From: Anthoceros angustus | Lineage: Eukaryota; Plantae; Anthocerotophyta | NCBI GenBank assembly: GCA_010909165.1 | Contig: VJWM01000173.1 | Coordinates: 310,001 to 374,000 of the forward strand | Length of the DNA stretch: 64,000 nucleotides | Reading direction: 5' to 3' | The notes under the pieces: generated by a model | Database searches by the model: none | Seen by the model: the letters and a program-made list of their open reading frames with translations, nothing else | Told to the model about the DNA's origin: nothing | Shown here: positions 57,475-64,000 of the stretch, piece after piece | Layout of the letters: every line of letters starts with the position of its first letter | Numbering within the stretch: the stretch's first letter is position 1 | Program-made: the position numbers and the translations under genes

Positions 57475-60114
57475 GTCGATGACACGCTCTCCCTCGCGGG
57501 GACAGGGAGGAATCTCAAACCCCAACTCCACCCGACACGTCCTGCCCCCAAAAATTCCAGCCTCAGCCCGCTTTAGCGATTAATCAGCGGCCGGTGCAGT
57601 GCAGTGCAGTCTGAGATTGAGCTCCTGCGAGTCCGGGAATGCAACCGACCAACGTCACACCTCGGACCTGGACACGCAGGAGTCAGTGCGACAGGATTGC
57701 TGAGTGGGGAAGGGTTTGGAAACACGGACAGCAGGTGGCAGCAGGACGTGGCGCCACATCCTGCCTGCCAAGTCACTGCCTCATACGGCTAAATATACGC
57801 GCTAAATCGGAAAGCCCGAATCTGGTGGAAATTCCGGACCCCATCCGACCCGGTTGCCGGAAAGCGAGCCCCTTCTCCCTTCCAGTCCGGTTGATGACAA
57901 CAGTGATGCAAGCGAAAGTGTGAGACCCAACCAGCAGCTCAAACTATGTTCCAGCTTCTCGGCGTCCCTGCTTTGCGTCATGCCAACCACAAGCCTCCCG
58001 GAGCCTGCTCCTGCTGCCTGTTCCCGGCCTGGAACAAGATTCTCTTGTGCCAACTTGGACCATCCAGCATGTGCCATAATTATACAAATGTGGCAAGTAC
58101 AACACTCCACCCAGATTGCATCCACAACCTCCTCCATTTCTACACCTTTTTTACTCATCCCCCATCCCATTGGTCTCGGCTCGCTGTGCTACCAAACACT
58201 CCAACAATCCATTGCATATCCTCCTGAAATCCTGGCCACTGTTCAAGCAGGCCAGATCACCTTTTCCACCCAGAGATTAAATCACCTAGTAGTGTTGAAA
58301 ATATGTATTTATTGAAAATACATAATATTATTCAAAAAAAAAGGAGGATGAAAATACATACATACTAATCAAACTTCCCAGTTGTTGGATCCCACGGCGT
58401 ATGAGGAATATTATAATGGTAGGTATATAACTGAAAGATCTAAAATAACGGCCATTTGCTAGAATAGGGAATAGGTAAAGGTAAAGAAAGGAGTCAAAAT
58501 GAGGTCTCCATTGAGGATTATGTATAACTCAAGGAATGTGTACTACATACATTGTAAAGCTATGTCGTTCAAGTTACGCTAACTATTATGCGGGCCTGCA
58601 TTCCCCAAAATATTCCATCAATTATTAGAACTTGAAAATATGTAGATAGTGAAAATAAAAAGAATCTATAAATCTACAATGAAGGGATATGCTCCAGGGA
58701 TTTTCACCATTATATTCAATGCTTGCTTGTTAATTCATGTAGTAATAACTTCCTTTAGACATTTAGTGAGAAATATAAATATATTTTATTTTATTTCATT
58801 TATATGAATATTAAATATTTTTAGAAAGCTCCACTTGTTTGTGACCCATTAGTTGGGGTCAAAGCTCAAATCCCAAGGCAAATGAATCCGGGGAATATAT
58901 TTTGAATATTCAGATATGTATTTGCCTATAATTTCAATTGTTGTTCCAAGTTTGCTTTTTCTCTCAAAAGAACCCCTTTTTTGGAGAGCTCCATGAAAAG
59001 GCGTGCATGCCTTCTCTTTCCACTCATCTTCATCTTTGGAAGCTTCAATAAAAACCAAAGAGCATGATAGAGTGGGAAGTAGGAAGACCAAGTTTGTTGT
59101 CTTCCCTCTAGAACACGACATGGCTCCACCCATTCCACTCATATTATAAAATGTGGAAAACCTTACTTGTCCAAGTATATACCAATAATAACCCTTCACT
59201 TTTGTGATTTCCCAAGTCCATTACCACCAAGACATGTGTAGCCCACATAATCAACATCAAAACTTGTGTCCTTTGGTATGACCTCCTGACTAGAAGTGAG
59301 CAATTGTGCCATGAAAGGACTCTTTGTTTCATGAACTACAGCACACATTCCCTTCACACCCCTTATTATGGATACCTGCAATCAATGTAGTGTACTTCAC
59401 TCCACTCCATTCCACTCCACTCGCTCAAAGGGCGCCAGGAGAGTGAGTTGTCCAGTGCGGGCGTTTTCTGGGTGCAAAAGTCCTTGTTTCGTGTCAATCA
59501 CAGTTTTCAAGATGTAGGTTAACTTTTAATTAGTTTTTATAGAAATAGAATAATGAATCTAAAAGTTTTAGGTGACCACGATTAGGTGCTTAGTTAGTAC
59601 AACGAAATTAATTAGCCCACTAGCAGCAGCTTCGGGAGGCGGTGGAAGGTGCATGCTCGAGCTCGAAATGGAGTGGAGAGCGGGGGGGTGTACGATACGA
59701 CGGGAGACGGGCAGGGACGGGCAGGGACGGGCCACCCACAACATGGGCATGCATGTGTCAGAGCAAGGCATGCCGTGGGCGCATGGCATACGGGCGCGGC
59801 GGCGGCGAAGTGGGGCGCATGATGGGCATGTATGACATCGCATCCCGTACATACATGACATGGAGCACGGGTTTGGGACTGGGACCTTTGGATCCCGGGG
59901 CGTAATTTCTTTTTGGGCTCGTGCGCGTGGTAACGACCCATGATAGCGTGATGATTTGGAGAAGCGGGATGAGGAAGCGATGGCGGAGAAGCATCCGTGG
60001 AAGGTTCCTACGCACACGCGGGGGCCAAAGAGCCTCGGAGGAGTGGGTCCCCGCCGGGCGGGTGAAGGCCCCCGGGGCCCGCCACCCGTGGGCGGGCCCC
60101 ACCCGTGCCCGCGG

Positions 60115-60165
60115 TGCACTGCACTGCACTGCACTGCACTGCACTGCTCTGCACTGCACTGCACT
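60115..60165. repeat. (TGCAC)n pentanucleotide repeat
   Basis: About 10 units are directly visible. Confidence 0.9.
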
Positions 60166-60255
60166 TCCCCCCGGGCCGGGCCCGGCCTGGGCCGGTCCAG
60201 GGCCGAGACCGAAGGCCCTGGCCCCAGGCCCCGGCCCCGACCCCAGTGTGGGCGG

Positions 60256-60275
60256 TGACGACCGGGCGCGCGTCA
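60256..60275 (+). promoter_or_regulatory. as-1-like element (TGACG..CGTCA, centres 12 bp apart)
   Basis: The sequence is TGACGACC-GGGC-GCGCGTCA. Further TGACG/CGTCA half-sites lie at 60334, 60392 and 60861. Confidence 0.45.
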
Positions 60276-61483
60276 TCGGACTCGCGCCACGCTCCTGTCA
60301 GGCGGCGCCCGGTACGCGTGACAGGCAACGGCGTGACGCACGCTTCCTCGGCCGCCGCGCGCTTCGCCGCGCCGTTCCGCGGCGGGCCAACCGTCATCCG
60401 GCCGGTTAGGCGCGGGCTGGCCGCTGGAGCGGGAGGCCAGGAGGGCGCGCCCGGGGCGCAGGACTGTTGACCCGGGGTGGCTTTGACTGACACTCTCCCT
60501 ACCGCCGGCTGGTGCCGTGGCCCGGTGGGCGGTCGCCGGTGCCCGGTCCGCGCCCGGCCCGGCTGGGCTGGGCTGGGAGGAGGAGGCGAGGAGTATGTGG
60601 TGGAGTCGGCGATGGTGGGTTGCGGGCGATGTGATGACAGCAGCAACAGCAAGAGCAAAGCGCAGCAGAAGCGGGCGCCATGGCAGCCGGAGCAGGAGAA
60701 GCCGGACGAGACGCGAGTGCGAGCCGTGAAGAGGCTGCCTCCCGCCAGTCCTTCCCGCCTGCTGCTCTGCCTGTCTGCTGTGCCTGCCTGTCTGCGTTGC
60801 CTGCCTGCTGCCTGCCTGCTGCCGCCTGCCTGCTGCTGCCTGCTGCCCTGCTGCAAGCGACGTCACCTTCGGGATGGCTGTCCGTGGCGCAGCAGGATCA
60901 CAGGCGCCGCTTCTTCTCTGAGGGCGACGTCTGCGCGGGGGCCCCTAGATATTGTGCTCACCTCCCTCCATCCGTCACACAAACAGTCTGCTCCCCGCTC
61001 TCTCCCCCGCTGCCGCCGGCGCACACACTTTCACGCAGCGCCACCACCCTGCTTGCATAAAACACAACTCCCGCCTCCGCCCCATCTTCTTCTCATCACC
61101 CTCACCCTCACCCTCTTCCTCCTCCACTTCCCCCACCTCCTTTGCTCCCCTTGGAGTAGTTTCCAGGAAGCTTCGTCTCTTCTTCTCCCACTGCCTTGCC
61201 CCTGCCCCTGCCCCTGCCCCTGCCCCTGCTCCTGCTCCTGCTCCTGCTCCTGCTGCCGCCCGGAGAGGGGAAGAGGAAGAGGTTGAATCTGCTCTCTGGG
61301 CGCTGCATTTGGATTGCCCGGGCCGCCTTGCTGCTGGGCACAGGGATTGGGCCGCCGACCATATTCGGAATTAGGGGGGATTCGGGAGGGAGCGGGCCGG
61401 GGAGTGCCCGGCTGCATTCTCTCAGCAAACCGCGCACCTCGGGCCTGCGAATTGGGGATCAGGGATGTGGTGGCGGGGAGCTC

Positions 61484-63493
61484 ATGGCCAATAACAAGGT
61501 GCTGCGGACGGCTCCAGTACCGGCCTCAGCGACTTCCGCCCACTGCATGCACAGCCTTGCATCTTTGCTACCTTCGCCGCTCATGTAATGGCTCTGCAAT
61601 CCTAATTCCTGCTCTCTCACACGCCCCTCTCTGCTGCCGCTGCCGCTGCCGCTGCTGGTGCTGGTGCTGGATCATTCATTGCCTGCATTTCCTGTGTCCG
61701 GGAGGTCAGCTCATTGCTTTCCATTTCGTTGGCTTGTGTCTCGGCTGGGTTCCTGGGTATTAGTGTGTCCCTGCATCGCAATTGTGTGCCCAGCTTGTGT
61801 CGAGCACTCCTGGAGCATCCAGGTGCTGGGAAGGAGGTTGCTTGCTTGCTTGCTACCACACTTGCTTGCTTCCTCTCTTGCTTGCTTGCCAAGTACTCTT
61901 TCCAACTGCACAACTCCTGCCAATTCCGAAACGGTCCTGGAGACCAGGCCCCGCCCTGCTCTCCACTCAAGACTTGTATTTGGCGGTGCTCGGGTCCTGC
62001 TCCCGATGCTTACATTGTTTCGATGCTTGCATTCAGAACGACCCTTGCCACGGAGACTACCAAGGATCAAGCAGCGGCTTACGACCTCTGGGAGCTTGAG
62101 CAGCCCCTCACCTTAAACCTGGACGAAGATCTGGATCTCCAAGATAGAAGTGTGTCATCCTTCGCCTTCCCCTCGACACTCCCTCCCTCTTTCTCTTCTG
62201 CGATTTGTGCTGCTGCTCATGGCCGTGTCTGGGCTGGTTTCATCATCTTCGACTCTCGTGTGTCTGTTGCAGACTGCTCCTCCGCCTCCCGACCAACCCT
62301 CAACATCTTGCCATCCGGTCCTATCCGCTTTGACAATCTCACAAAGGTGATCACATTCTGCTCTCCCTTTTCCCTTAACTGCTTGTGCCTGCTGCAGTAT
62401 GCAACGCAATGTTGCTGCCGCCGTCTCTGATGTGGGTGGGTGCTGCTCTGTCTGGCTTGTCCAGCACCAACAGCAGCCGTCCTCTCAGGTGACGTCTCCT
62501 TCTGCAGCAAGCACGGATTCGCGATCGGCCCAGTACATCCCCTCACGGAGAGGCTTAGAATCCCCTTCAAGCCGCCGCTTCGAGCCTTGGGCTGATTCCC
62601 GCATGGCGGACAATAGCCCACGCACCGACACCTCCACTGACCTGGAGGCTGATGTGAAGGTAGACAATTGGGTAAACGGTCTTGCTACCTCCTGGGTTCA
62701 CCATTGCCATTGCCTAGTGTAGTGAAAGTACCCCGCGTTTCCTTCCCCTTCCTCTCTTTGCACCGCTATCTTCTCTCATTGCCTCGCTTTGGCGTGCTTC
62801 AGCTGGAGGACGGACACCACGGAGGCCAGCAGGGCATGACCAATAACTCCGACCTCGAGGCCACAAAGCATGGAGACTCCAAAGTGAGTGCTGGGAAGCA
62901 AACAATGTGATGCCTTCCATGACAAGAGCCTCCTTTGCCTGGACTGTTATCTCATTTTCTGCTTTGCCATTGTCCGTTTGCCCGCCTCTCTCTCTCAGGC
63001 TCTTAGGCGCTTAGCTCAAAATCGGGAAGCTGCACGGAAAAGCAGACTCCGAAAGAAGGTCCGGCCCTGCACTTGACCGATTCTGTCCTGCTGCTTTTGG
63101 CTACAAGGTTTTGGGTCTCCTGTCCTCATCATGAAGCTTGCGGGGTGATGTACAGCAATACGTGCAGCAGCTAGAATCCAGCCGGATCAAGTTGAATCAA
63201 CTGGAGCAAGAGCTTCAGCGTGCCAGACAACAGGTGAGTTAGTGGATGCATTTGGGTCGGCTAGGAACTCGTGGTGGGCTGCAACATGCCATGGCCAGAA
63301 GGACTGAACTGGCCATGCATCGCAAAATGAAAATGAAGCAGGGGCTGTACATTGGAGGGGGAGGCTATTCCGGAGAAGCGAATCATGTGCTGGGTGCAAA
63401 CGGCATCAACGGAGCTATCAACCCAGGTAAGTGCTCCTGTTTGTGTAAGGAGATGCAGGACATGCTTTGTCTGGACATTTGTCACAATGCAGT

Positions 63494-63562
<69 letters not shown>

Positions 63563-64000
63563 TCTCGTCTCTGGGCTTATAAAATCGAAGGTGGTGACAT
63601 CAGGTGCTGCGCAATTTGATATGGAGTACGCCCGGTGGGTGGAAGAGCAACATCGGCAGCTGTGCGAACTCAGGGCCGCCTTGCAGGCCCACGTGGCTGA
63701 CAACGAGCTCCGAGGCCTGGTGGAGAACGGCATGGCCCATTACGAGGAGATCTTCCGCCTCAAGAGCATTGCTGCAAAGGCTGATGTCTTCCACCTCGTC
63801 TCCGGCATGTGGAAGACGCCGGCGGAGAGATGCTTTCTGTGGATGGGAGGTTTCCGGCCTTCCGAGCTCCTCAAGGTGCATAATAACCCTTCCCACACTT
63901 CCGTGTAGCCAGCACCAGTGTCGTCTTCCTTTCTGTTTGCTTCAGCAGCCTCGGGTGCTGATGAACCCAAATCCCGCTGCTGCAGATCTTGATCCCCCAG
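61484..64000 (+). CDS. TGA: TGA-type bZIP transcription factor (group D), runs off the window end
   Basis: Reads MANNKV.., AYDLWELEQ (cf. FGELEE), RPTLNILPS, MADNSPRTDTSTD, RRLAQNREAARKSRLRKK, YVQQLESSRIKL and the DOG1 domain FDMEYARWVEE..WKTPAERCFLWMGGFRPSELLK. Confidence 0.95.
63492..63561. repeat. (GTC)n microsatellite inside a TGA intron
   Basis: About 23 GTC units are directly visible. Confidence 0.95.

Noticed and set aside
58800-59390. AT-rich minus-strand ORF fragments as a transposase
   Set aside because: No recognisable catalytic motif or terminal repeat was found.
59568-61440. Many overlapping ORFs upstream of TGA
   Set aside because: They are products of GC-rich microsatellite promoter/5' UTR sequence.

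Overview
Gene-dense eukaryotic nuclear DNA from a seed-free land plant. The short (~80-100 nt) GT-AG introns and gene content suggest a hornwort such as Anthoceros (inference). Recognisable genes, left to right: CUL4; an intronless START-fold phosphatidylinositol transfer protein; a full-length Dicer-like gene (DCL3-like); an AT-rich 18.8-31 kb island; an At5g39570/PLDrp1-like repeat protein; a plastid-targeted bacterial-type ABC-F EttA; PIG-X; a Ycf45/SPD1-type ATPase; tRNA-Ile(UAU); TIM13; a divergent CYP73/C4H-like P450; a remorin-like protein; an OEX2-like 5'-3' exonuclease; DUF3067; a small plastid membrane protein; PSMD5; and the 5' part of a TGA bZIP gene. The most notable feature is 2 kb downstream of the DCL. 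It is a cryptic, highly diverged locus built from duplicated DCL-type C-terminal modules (RNaseIII-dsRBD-RNaseIII-dsRBD-dsRBD, an RTL3-like layout). It shares intron positions with the neighbouring DCL, and each RNase III module has lost a different catalytic Asp (D to N). One spliced 244-aa frame still reads open, making it a candidate nuclease-impaired dsRNA-binding partner or decoy of Dicer. Three ~0.75-1.2 kb tandem duplications have microhomology junctions and homopolymer-type indels, so they may be assembly artefacts. Exon boundaries were called by eye and homologies come from remembered motifs; no searches were run.
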